A stretch of DNA of 60,647 nt, counting the filler. It is 4 parts of 4 records of this genome, joined end to end, with 100 filler letters (N's around TTAATTAATTAA, not from the genome) between each part and the next. Parts side by side here need not be neighbours in the genome. Positions count along the whole stretch, not along the records: positions 26,940 to 38,119 come from SRR2962707_3341; positions 38,220 to 50,747 come from SRR2962707_3344; 2 more parts are not named here. One strand, written 5' to 3'. Position 1 is the stretch's first letter. Every line of letters starts with the position of its first letter. Shown in pieces: positions 38,114-47,368 of this stretch. Made by a program: the position numbers and the translations under genes. Under the pieces are notes generated by a model that saw only the letters and a list, made by a program, of their open reading frames with translations, had not been told where the DNA came from and searched no databases.

Positions 38114-38119
38114 TTTTTT

Positions 38120-38219
38120 NNNNNNNNNNNNNNNNNNNNNNNNNNNNNNNNNNNNNNNNNNNNTTAATTAATTAANNNNNNNNNNNNNNNNNNNNNNNNN
38201 NNNNNNNNNNNNNNNNNNN
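38120..38219. other. artificial contig linker
   Basis: N-run + TTAATTAATTAA + N-run. Confidence 0.97.
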
Positions 38220-38223
38220 TGTT

Positions 38224-39258
38224 ATGAATAAAATGCGTGTTTTTACAATCTCAAATTGTATTGTTCTTTGTTGTGCCATACTACTGAGTGGGTGTGGCCT
38301 TTTTGGTGGAGAACAAGGAGATAAAGGAGAGCTTATAGGAGCTCCGGATAGACAAGGCTGGGAGATGACCAGACCTTTTGGTATGATGTCAATTCCATCT
38401 GGTACATTCCATATGGGACAAGCCGACGAAGATGTCGCAGCGACTCAAATAAATTTTAACAAACAAGTTACCATTGGTGCATTCTTTATGGATGATACAG
38501 AAATCACCAATAATGAGTACCGACAGTTTACCCAGAATATTCAGGAAAGTTCTGAAATTGATTTACCAACCGGTTATTCAATAGCAGACTTGCTTCCAGA
38601 TACTACAGTCTGGACGAGAGACTATACGCACCACATGGGAGATCCATTGGTCGTGTACTATTGGTCTCACCCTGCATTTGATGATTATCCTGTAGTTGGG
38701 GTCGACTGGAATGCAGCCAAATATTTTTGTGCCTGGAGAACTAGCTATTTGAATGATTATAGATCCAGTGTAGGACTTCCAGTTATGCCAAACTTCAGAC
38801 TTCCATCTGAAGCTGAGTGGGAATACGCTTCCAGAGGAGGTCGTGATATGGCTAAATATCCTTGGGGTAACCCTTACATAAGAAACGCTAAAGGCTGTTT
38901 GCTAGCCAATTTTAAGCCGGGTAGAGGTAACTATTTTGATGATGGCTATGCCTACACATCACCAATAGGAACATATTTCGCCAATGAATATGGTCTTTAT
39001 GACATGGCAGGAAATGTTGCCGAGTGGTGCGAAGACGCTTACAATCCATCAGCAATGCCACTAACCTGGGACTTGAATCCTACGTATTTTGATGATAATG
39101 TTCCTTTCAAAGTGATCAGAGGTGGCTCATGGAAGGATATAGCATATTTTCTGGAAACAGGTACAAGGTCATATGAGCATCAGGATACCACTCGTGCTTC
39201 AATTGGCTTTAGATGTGCAATGACTTATCTTGGCAGATCATCAGGATACGAATTTTAA
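38224..39258 (+). CDS. gldK: gliding motility / T9SS lipoprotein GldK (PorK)
   Basis: LSGC lipobox; FGE-sulfatase-like fold motifs RLPSEAEWEYA and GLYDMAGNVAEW; first gene of gldKLMN. Confidence 0.92.
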   Translation: MNKMRVFTISNCIVLCCAILLSGCGLFGGEQGDKGELIGAPDRQGWEMTRPFGMMSIPSGTFHMGQADEDVAATQINFNKQVTIGAFFMDDTEITNNEYRQFTQNIQESSEIDLPTGYSIADLLPDTTVWTRDYTHHMGDPLVVYYWSHPAFDDYPVVGVDWNAAKYFCAWRTSYLNDYRSSVGLPVMPNFRLPSEAEWEYASRGGRDMAKYPWGNPYIRNAKGCLLANFKPGRGNYFDDGYAYTSPIGTYFANEYGLYDMAGNVAEWCEDAYNPSAMPLTWDLNPTYFDDNVPFKVIRGGSWKDIAYFLETGTRSYEHQDTTRASIGFRCAMTYLGRSSGYEF

Positions 39259-39298
39259 AAAAATCAAAGAATAAATTACTAACCTAAATAACATTACA

Positions 39299-40120
39299 AT
39301 GAGTAAAAAAGGCGGATTTCAGGAACTACTCTACTCCACTATAATGCCGAAAGTGTATGGAATTGGAGCAGCCGTAGTAATTGTAGGTGCACTGTTTAAA
39401 ATATTACACATGGAAGGAGCTGCAATTATGCTTACCCTTGGTCTATTGACTGAGGCTGTGATCTTCTTCCTTAGTGCTTTCGAACCGAAACACGCAGAAC
39501 CGGATTGGGCCAAAGTTTATCCGGAATTAGCAGACGATTATGATGGACCAAGTGCTAAGCCAAGAGCTGCAGTTCCCGCTTCTAATCAAGGCGCTTCTGC
39601 TCAGATGGACAAAATGCTCGCTGAAGCAAAAGTGGGTCCTGAGTTGATCAAAAGCTTAGGTGACGGTATGAGAAATATGGCTGAATCGGCCAAAAAGATG
39701 TCTAACCTAAGTGATGCTGCGGTTGCTACAAACGACTATGCAAGCAATGTGAAAAAAGCTTCAGGCTCATTACAGGAAATGAACAAGTCTTATGCATCAG
39801 CAATGCAAGCTATGTCTGGTATGGCTGAAGCAACTAAGGATACAAAAGAATATCACTCTCAAGTTCAAAATGTAACTAAGAGTTTAGGTGCGTTGAACGC
39901 TGTTTATGAAATGGAGCTTAAAGACGCTCAAAGTCATACTAAGGCTTTGAATAAGTTCTATTCCAATATCAGTGGTGCTTTGGAAAGTATGGCTGAAGCT
40001 GGTAAAGAGACTTCTGCTTTTCAGGCTGAGCTTAATAAGCTTACTTCTAACATTTCTGCGCTGAATAAAGTATATGGCAATATGCTTACAGCAATGAGAG
40101 GTAGTAGTAATCAACAATAA
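39299..40120 (+). CDS. gldL: T9SS/gliding motor subunit GldL (PorL)
   Basis: YGIGAAVVIVGALFKILH...TEAVIFFLSAFEP...WAKVYPEL; YGNMLTAM C-terminus. Confidence 0.95.
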   Translation: MSKKGGFQELLYSTIMPKVYGIGAAVVIVGALFKILHMEGAAIMLTLGLLTEAVIFFLSAFEPKHAEPDWAKVYPELADDYDGPSAKPRAAVPASNQGASAQMDKMLAEAKVGPELIKSLGDGMRNMAESAKKMSNLSDAAVATNDYASNVKKASGSLQEMNKSYASAMQAMSGMAEATKDTKEYHSQVQNVTKSLGALNAVYEMELKDAQSHTKALNKFYSNISGALESMAEAGKETSAFQAELNKLTSNISALNKVYGNMLTAMRGSSNQQ

Positions 40121-40139
40121 TCCCTAAAACAATAATATT

Positions 40140-41774
40140 ATGGCTGGAGGAAAAGAAACCCCGCGGCAGAAAATGATTGGCATGATGTACTTGGTGCTCA
40201 CAGCCTTGTTGGCTATGAACGTGAGTACTACTGTACTAGATAAATTCGCCTTTATCAACCAAAGTTTAGAGCAGGCCAATTCTGAAACTGTCGCTAGAAA
40301 TGGACTTACTCTTCAAGGCATGAAAGAGTCTGTGAAAGAAAAAGGTAACAGGCCAGATGATATGAAAATCATAGATGCCGCTACCGAGTTGAGAGCAAAG
40401 ACTCAAGAGGTTCTTGCCTCCTTGAAAGAGTCAAAAGAAACCTTTGTTGACATTACAGGAGGGTACTTGGAAGGTCACAAAGGGGATATGATGTATATAG
40501 AAGGGAAAGAGAATTATGACAAGGTCGGACATTACATGACACCTAAGGAAGAAGGTGGAGAAGGAAATGGTGCAGCAATGAAAGAACTTCTTAATGGCTA
40601 TGCAGCATACGTGAGGGATTTACTACAGACCAATGATGCTGATGAGAATGAGATAAAAAAGTATCACGAACTGGCGGTCGACGCAAATCAAGACCCATAT
40701 TGGTCTCAAGATCCAAATCAGAGAGGTAAAAAGTGGTCTCAGCTACAATTTCATGATTCACCGACTCACGCGGCATTGGCAACAGTTAGTGAATTTCAGG
40801 CCAATGTGATTGGTTATGAAACTGCAGCTCTTGATTTCTTGAGAAGACGCGTTGGACTTAAGGATTTGAATTTTGATCAAATTCGTCCCGTAATTATGCC
40901 TGAATCAAAATATGTGGCAGCCGGTACCAAGTACAAAGCTGACATGTTCATTGCGGCTTCCGCTTCTGGTCTGAACGATAAGTTAGTAATGACATATAAT
41001 GGAGAGGATGCTCCTGTTGTTGATGGTGTTGGTAAGGTGGAATTTACTGCCACACCTGGTAACTATGATAGTGAAGGGAACGCCAGAAAACAGATCATAG
41101 CTGCTATTAAGGTACCTCAAGGTGGAGGAAGTGATACCACATTTATTGACACAATAGAATACTATGTGGTACGACCAGTGATTCAGATTCAATCACAATC
41201 CGTTAATGCTCTTTATTTCAATTGTGGCAATAAACTTGACGTTCAGGTTCCAGCGCTTGGTACTCAATACAATCCTGATTTCTCCGCACGAGGTGGAGAT
41301 GCAATCAAAGGTTCCCAAAGAGGTCAGGTTACAATTGTTCCTAAAGATCTAAGAAAAGTTACCTTAACAGTATCAAGTGGAGGCAATACTATTGGTTCTC
41401 GAGAATTTGGTGTGAGAGCTATCCCTGCCCCAGAAATAAAGGTATTTACAGCTCAAGGTGAGGTTAATCTAAAAGATGGTATTGACGCCAGAACTCCTGA
41501 GCTGATCTTAAGAGCTATTCCAGACGAGAGTTTTGCCCAGTTCCTACCTGATGATTCGAAATTTAGAGTAGCAGAGGCTGAAATCACCCTTGTGAGTGGT
41601 GGTTTAGGAAGAGGCTCTACCAGAGCTAGTGATAGAGTGAACTTAAGGGGTATGAATGGTAGAAAAGGGGATCAAATTGTTATTGAAATAAGAAAGGTTG
41701 AGAGACAAAATTTCAGAAGGCAAATTGAGGATTTCAAGAAGTTCAACCGCTTTATCAATATCTCATTGAAATAA
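40140..41774 (+). CDS. gldM: T9SS/gliding motor subunit GldM (PorM)
   Basis: MAGGKETPRQKMIGMMYLVLTALLAMNVS N-terminus. Confidence 0.95.
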   Translation: MAGGKETPRQKMIGMMYLVLTALLAMNVSTTVLDKFAFINQSLEQANSETVARNGLTLQGMKESVKEKGNRPDDMKIIDAATELRAKTQEVLASLKESKETFVDITGGYLEGHKGDMMYIEGKENYDKVGHYMTPKEEGGEGNGAAMKELLNGYAAYVRDLLQTNDADENEIKKYHELAVDANQDPYWSQDPNQRGKKWSQLQFHDSPTHAALATVSEFQANVIGYETAALDFLRRRVGLKDLNFDQIRPVIMPESKYVAAGTKYKADMFIAASASGLNDKLVMTYNGEDAPVVDGVGKVEFTATPGNYDSEGNARKQIIAAIKVPQGGGSDTTFIDTIEYYVVRPVIQIQSQSVNALYFNCGNKLDVQVPALGTQYNPDFSARGGDAIKGSQRGQVTIVPKDLRKVTLTVSSGGNTIGSREFGVRAIPAPEIKVFTAQGEVNLKDGIDARTPELILRAIPDESFAQFLPDDSKFRVAEAEITLVSGGLGRGSTRASDRVNLRGMNGRKGDQIVIEIRKVERQNFRRQIEDFKKFNRFINISLK

Positions 41775-41794
41775 TTGTCAATTAATAAGGTGTT

Positions 41795-42655
41795 ATGAAA
41801 AGATTAGGTTATGTATTGGTGTTTTGTCTAGCCATTTCTGCGGCTACTGCGCAGGAAGAGTTGGCAGCTCTTGTGAAACCGGAAGTTGAAGAAACTCAGG
41901 TGATGTTTAAGAAGACTGTATGGCGAAGAATGGATATGGGTGAAAAACAAAACAAACCATTCTTCTCCAAGAATGGTGAGTTATCAAGGCTTTTAATTGA
42001 AGCTGTAGATGAAGGATTGTTAACTCCCTACCGATCAGATTCATGCATTAACTTCATGCCTGATATTATTTTCATTTCTAATATTTCCGTTGAGCGAGAG
42101 GACAATCCTTTTGTAGGTGGTGGATTTAATTCAGGTGGATTTGATTCATTTGACGATACATCTAACGATCAGGCTGCAGCAGGTGATAGTGGAGATGAAC
42201 CTAAGTTAGAAGCAATTCCGGAAGATCTTTTTTCTGTCTTATATCTTAAGGAAGATTTGATTTTTGATAGAAATAGATCAAGAATGTATACATATATTAG
42301 ATCACTTACTATCGCATTACCAAAGGATGCAGGCTCTTTATTCAATCCTGGAGGTTTTGAAAAACCAGTAGCACATTTCAGATATGATGATGTTGTTGCT
42401 CTTTTCAGAGGCCCATATGCTGATAGAGCTAAGTATTACAATAATCAAAATCCTGGCCAGCATATGAATATGAGTGATGCATTTGAACTAAGATTATTTA
42501 GAGCACCAATAATCAAAATATCCAATGCGGATGACTTAGATATTCGTCAAATTTATGCTGATAAAATGGCAAGTGATCCAATGAGTGTTATTGTGATTCA
42601 GCAACAATATGAGTTTGATCTGATGGAATATGAGTCAGAACTCTGGGAATATTAA
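41795..42655 (+). CDS. gldN: T9SS/gliding protein GldN (PorN)
   Basis: VMFKKTVWRRMD...KQNKP, KEDLIFDRNRSRM and YESELWEY motifs. Confidence 0.92.
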   Translation: MKRLGYVLVFCLAISAATAQEELAALVKPEVEETQVMFKKTVWRRMDMGEKQNKPFFSKNGELSRLLIEAVDEGLLTPYRSDSCINFMPDIIFISNISVEREDNPFVGGGFNSGGFDSFDDTSNDQAAAGDSGDEPKLEAIPEDLFSVLYLKEDLIFDRNRSRMYTYIRSLTIALPKDAGSLFNPGGFEKPVAHFRYDDVVALFRGPYADRAKYYNNQNPGQHMNMSDAFELRLFRAPIIKISNADDLDIRQIYADKMASDPMSVIVIQQQYEFDLMEYESELWEY

Positions 42656-42689
42656 TAATTTTGATCACCAAACCTAATCTAACTGCGAT

Positions 42690-43274
42690 ATGAATCTTAA
42701 GAATTTACTCTCTGTCCTTTTTGTAGCGGCTGTATTGTTTGTTTCAGCCCAAGAAGTTGGTGAGTTAGTTGATCCACGGGATGGACAGAAGTATAAGACT
42801 GTGACAATTGACATTGTTCTGGAGGGAGATGTAACTGTCAAACGAACTTGGATGGCTCAAAACCTCAATTATGAAGTTCCGGATTCTTTTTGCTACAAAA
42901 ATGAAGGTGCTTATTGCGAAGCATATGGAAGACTGTATACTTTCAAAGCAGCCGTAGAAGCTTGTCCTGATGGCTGGCATGTTCCTACAATCAGTGAATG
43001 GACACTATTGTTCAACACTTTTGGTGGTATTCATGATGCTGGAATAGCACTTCAAAAAGGTGGTCAGAGTGAAATCAATTTAGCTCTCGGAGGATTTGGT
43101 GATCCTGGAAGAGTATTTAAAAATATTGGTATCAGTGGAAATTACTGGGATTCTGAAAAGAAATCAGACAATACATCAGGATTGATATCAATTCAAAAGG
43201 GATCAAAGGAAATCTATCACAGTGTAATTGGCGACTGGCACAGAAATAGCTGCCGATGTGTGAAGGACTATTGA
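42690..43274 (+). CDS. FISUMP (Fibrobacter succinogenes major paralogous) domain protein
   Basis: DPRDGQKYKTV, WMAQNLNY, YGRLY, CPDGWHVPTISEW and RCVKD motifs. Confidence 0.88.
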   Translation: MNLKNLLSVLFVAAVLFVSAQEVGELVDPRDGQKYKTVTIDIVLEGDVTVKRTWMAQNLNYEVPDSFCYKNEGAYCEAYGRLYTFKAAVEACPDGWHVPTISEWTLLFNTFGGIHDAGIALQKGGQSEINLALGGFGDPGRVFKNIGISGNYWDSEKKSDNTSGLISIQKGSKEIYHSVIGDWHRNSCRCVKDY

Positions 43275-43307
43275 TTAAGATTATCATTCAAAATATTTAG
43301 AAGGAGA

Positions 43308-45104
43308 CTACAAATCTCCTTTTTTTATTGCATTCAAAATAATCTTAGTCTTTGACTTGCCGATCAATTTTTGAAGATCATTTTCATTAGCTTCTTTTAC
43401 ACGTTTAACACTTCCATATTCCTTAATGAGAGTATCACGAGTCTCATTGCCAATGCCTTTTAAGTCATTAAGGGAAGACTTGAACGTGGATTTACTTCTC
43501 TTTTGTCGGTGAAATGTGATGGCGAATCGATGTGCTTCATCCCGAATTTGCTGGATCAATTTTAGCGAGCTTGATTTTTTACTTATGTGTAGAGGTAGTT
43601 CATCTTCAGGAAAGTAGATTTCCTCTAATCTTTTCGCGATTCCTATTATTGGAATTTCACCATAGAGATTAAGTTCTCGCAAGGCATTGCAAGCCGCATT
43701 CAGTTGTCCTTTCCCCCCATCTATTACAATGAGATTAGGAAATGGAAGGTTGTCTTTTTTAAGATGGCTATATCTTCTTCCAACTACTTCATTCATGGAA
43801 GCGAAATCATCTGGGCCAATTACAGTTTTTATATTAAACTTTCTATAGTCTGATTTGGATGGCTTGCCATTTTTGAAACATACCATAGATGCTACTGGGT
43901 TTGTTCCTTGAATATTTGAATTATCAAAACATTCGATATGGACAGGTAAATCTTGCAATCGTAAATCTTCCATAAGATTTTGGAGGATTGCCTCATTGGG
44001 CTGAGTTGATTTTTTTGATAGTCTCTCCTTTTTGTAGAACAAAGCATTCTTCAATGAGAGATCTACAAGATGTTTCTTGTCACCTATTTTAGGGACCGTG
44101 ATATCAACCCCCTCCCATGGTTCAACCGCAATATTTGTAAGTATATTAGGATTGTTACTATTGTATTTTTTCCTCAAATCAAAGATCGAGAAGCGGAATA
44201 CATCCGCATTGTCTTCTTCAATTTTCTTTTTAATCTCGATGGTTTCTGAATTTACAATTGATCCATTTTCAATTCGCATGTAATTGATAAAGAAAGATTT
44301 CACATTATCAATGACCATAGAGAAGACATCTGTTTCTGATATTTTTTGATTGACAATGAGTGACTTGATTTGGAATTTTTCTAATAAATCAAGTTTTTCT
44401 TTATAATCATGAGCAAGTTCAAATTTGAGTGCTTCGGATGCTTGCAACATGCTCTCCTTGTATGATTTGCTTACTATTCCAATCTTCCCTTTAAGAATTT
44501 GTTTAGCACTTTCAATGTCATTTAGATAGTGTTCTTCATCTTGCAATCCTTCGCATGGTCCAAGACAGTTTCCTATGTGATATTCAAGGCAAACTTTGTA
44601 TTTTCCTTTATTCACATTGTCTTCAGATAGATTGAATTTACAGGTTCTGATCTTATGCAGTTTTCGAATTAGATCAAGTACACTATTCATCGCTTTCACA
44701 CTAGTGTAGGGGCCGAAGTATTCCCCTTTAGTATGATCTATTCTTCTTGTTGAATAAATTCTTGGAAATCTTTCCTTGGTAATGCAAATACTTGGAAAAC
44801 TCTTGTCATCCTTAAGTAGGATATTATATCTAGGCTGATTTTCCTTTATTAGATTATTCTCAAGTAGTAGAGCATCAAATTCGGATGAGACAATTACAAC
44901 TTCTATTTGCTTAATTTCATTGACTAATCGATAGGTCTTACGATTGTCAAGATTAGTCTTAGTAAAATAGCTTGAAACACGTTTTTTAAGACTTTTGGCC
45001 TTTCCAACGTAGATTATATCCCCTTCTTTGTCAATAAATTTATAGACCCCAGGTTTGTCAGGAAGAATTAAATAATCCTCTTTAGAGAATCTTTGGAATT
45101 GCAT
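43308..45104 (-). CDS. uvrC: excinuclease ABC subunit C
   Basis: PGVYKF..YVGKAKSLKKRVSSYF GIY-YIG; IECFDNS; DGGKGQ; RDEAHRFAI; HhH tail. Confidence 0.96.
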   Translation of the reverse strand: MQFQRFSKEDYLILPDKPGVYKFIDKEGDIIYVGKAKSLKKRVSSYFTKTNLDNRKTYRLVNEIKQIEVVIVSSEFDALLLENNLIKENQPRYNILLKDDKSFPSICITKERFPRIYSTRRIDHTKGEYFGPYTSVKAMNSVLDLIRKLHKIRTCKFNLSEDNVNKGKYKVCLEYHIGNCLGPCEGLQDEEHYLNDIESAKQILKGKIGIVSKSYKESMLQASEALKFELAHDYKEKLDLLEKFQIKSLIVNQKISETDVFSMVIDNVKSFFINYMRIENGSIVNSETIEIKKKIEEDNADVFRFSIFDLRKKYNSNNPNILTNIAVEPWEGVDITVPKIGDKKHLVDLSLKNALFYKKERLSKKSTQPNEAILQNLMEDLRLQDLPVHIECFDNSNIQGTNPVASMVCFKNGKPSKSDYRKFNIKTVIGPDDFASMNEVVGRRYSHLKKDNLPFPNLIVIDGGKGQLNAACNALRELNLYGEIPIIGIAKRLEEIYFPEDELPLHISKKSSSLKLIQQIRDEAHRFAITFHRQKRSKSTFKSSLNDLKGIGNETRDTLIKEYGSVKRVKEANENDLQKLIGKSKTKIILNAIKKGDL

Positions 45105-47368
45105 TACATGAAGTCATCTTCTTCTACTACATCGTATTGAACTGAATCACTTGGACTAGTAGATTCAGAATACAGATCACAATCTATGACCGTATTGATT
45201 GGCTTTGTTGGCTTTTCGAAAAAGCCTTTTTCATACCCTAAAGTTTCGTCATCGTAAACTTTCATCATAAACTTTTCCCAAATTGGTAAAGCCGTGCGGG
45301 CACCCTGTCCCATCGCCCAGTTCCTAAACCGAATACTTCTGTCATCGCCACCTACCCATGCTCCGGCCGCAAGATCTTTTGTTACTCCCATAAACCATCC
45401 ATCTGAGGCATTTTGAGTAGTTCCTGTTTTAGCTCCTATTTCATTATCTATTTTAAGAGACGGGTTAAGTATTCGACCTGTCCCTATTTCGACTGTCCCT
45501 TTTAACATGTGTAACATGAGATAGGCAGTTTCTTCATTAATGGCTTCTTTCTCCTCTGGAACGAATTGTTGGATCACATTTCCATTTTTATCTTCAATCC
45601 TTGAAATGTAGAAGGGACGAATGTAAGTTCCTTTGTTAACGAAAGTTGAGAAGGCACCAAGCATTTCATACAATGAAACATCTGCTGATCCTAATGCAAG
45701 TGAGTATACTTCAGGAAGGGGACTTTCAATACCAAGATTTCTAGCCATCTGGATAACATTAGCTGGCCCAATATTTACCATTAAATGTGCAGTGATTGAG
45801 TTCACTGATTTTGACATGGCTTCCCTCAATGTCATTGTTTGACCACTCCACCTATTTTCTGCATTATCTGGTTTCCAATACGGTGGATCCTGACCAGGCA
45901 ATGGATATGTCCTTGATGCATCTACAAATGTTTGACAAGGTGAATAGTTATTTTGAATAGCCTCTGCATAAACGATTGGTTTGAATGTTGAACCAGCCTG
46001 TCGTTTACCTTGCATGACGTGATCATATTTAAAATATTTATAATTAATTCCTCCAACCCATGCCTTGATATGACCAGTACGTGGGTCCATAGCCATAAAT
46101 CCTGATTGTAGGAAGCGTTTATAGTAAGCTAATGAATCGTATGAGCTAAATAATGTATCAATTTCACCATCCCATGAAAATACGGTCATCGGTTTCTTCA
46201 TGTTCAAATAGTATTCAACAGAATCACTTTCATTACCATAACGATTAACCAAGGATTTGTAAGCCTCCGTTCTTTTCATGACGTTATTCATGAATTCGGG
46301 AATCTCTTCATTGCTATCGTCTATCCATGGATTACCTTCAACCCAATGCTCATTGAAGATTTGCTGCAACGTATCCATATGCTCAGCAATAGCCTCTTCG
46401 GCGTATTGCTGCATTCGACTATCAATTGTTGTGTAGATTTTTAGACCATCTTCAAAGAGGTCATAGCCATTTTCGTTTGCCCAATAGACAAGATACGACT
46501 TAGCAACTGTTCTAAAGTAGGTGGCAAGTCCCTCGTTTTGACTTTCTACAAGGTAGTTTAGTTGTAAGTCCTTGTTGTTAAGTGAATCGTATAGCTCTCT
46601 ATCAATGAGCCCATATTTGTGAACATTGTATAGAACTTCCGTCCGCTTTCTTTTGGCTCGTTCAGGATTGTAGACCGGATTAAAGGCCGTTGGTTTATTG
46701 ATTGACCCAACCAAACTTGCTGATTCCTGATAATCTAACTGAGAGGGAAGTTTGTTAAAAAAAGTCTGGGCTGCCACTTTAATACCAAACGAATTACTTC
46801 CATATGGCACAGTATTAAGATACATAGCCAGAATTTCTTCTTTTGTATATGACTTCTCCAATTGAACAGCAATAATCCATTCTTTGACCTTAGTAACAAT
46901 CTCTCCAATTGACCCATACTTGTAAAGAGATCCTCTATTCACAGAAGAAGTTTTGTATAGATTCTCAGCAAGTTGCATGGTAATCGTACTTCCTCCGCCG
47001 GCGTATTGAAAAGTCAACTTACCTATAACAGCTCTGAAAAGGCTTCTAAGATCGATACCTGAATGTTTTTTAAATCTGATATCCTCGGTAACTAATAATG
47101 TATTGACTAGTTCAGGTGAAAGCTCGTCATAAGTTACAGGGGTTCTGTTTTTACGAAAATATTTACCCAGCGAAATCCCATCAGCACTTATCAACTCAGA
47201 CGATAAATCTGGATCCGGCCTTTCCAATGCCTGTAAACTTGGTAGCCCTCCGAACCATCCGAAGGCATCATTTTTTACCATCAAAAAAACTGATGTAACT
47301 CCAACGAAGGTTAATATGAATCCAATCCAAAGGATTCGTATAGTGTATTTAATGATTTTCAGTTTCAT
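45104..47368 (-). CDS. class A penicillin-binding protein (PBP1A)
   Basis: EDIRF..HSGID and GGGSTITMQL transglycosylase; STFK, SVN and KTGT transpeptidase motifs. Confidence 0.92.
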   Translation of the reverse strand: MKLKIIKYTIRILWIGFILTFVGVTSVFLMVKNDAFGWFGGLPSLQALERPDPDLSSELISADGISLGKYFRKNRTPVTYDELSPELVNTLLVTEDIRFKKHSGIDLRSLFRAVIGKLTFQYAGGGSTITMQLAENLYKTSSVNRGSLYKYGSIGEIVTKVKEWIIAVQLEKSYTKEEILAMYLNTVPYGSNSFGIKVAAQTFFNKLPSQLDYQESASLVGSINKPTAFNPVYNPERAKRKRTEVLYNVHKYGLIDRELYDSLNNKDLQLNYLVESQNEGLATYFRTVAKSYLVYWANENGYDLFEDGLKIYTTIDSRMQQYAEEAIAEHMDTLQQIFNEHWVEGNPWIDDSNEEIPEFMNNVMKRTEAYKSLVNRYGNESDSVEYYLNMKKPMTVFSWDGEIDTLFSSYDSLAYYKRFLQSGFMAMDPRTGHIKAWVGGINYKYFKYDHVMQGKRQAGSTFKPIVYAEAIQNNYSPCQTFVDASRTYPLPGQDPPYWKPDNAENRWSGQTMTLREAMSKSVNSITAHLMVNIGPANVIQMARNLGIESPLPEVYSLALGSADVSLYEMLGAFSTFVNKGTYIRPFYISRIEDKNGNVIQQFVPEEKEAINEETAYLMLHMLKGTVEIGTGRILNPSLKIDNEIGAKTGTTQNASDGWFMGVTKDLAAGAWVGGDDRSIRFRNWAMGQGARTALPIWEKFMMKVYDDETLGYEKGFFEKPTKPINTVIDCDLYSESTSPSDSVQYDVVEEDDFM

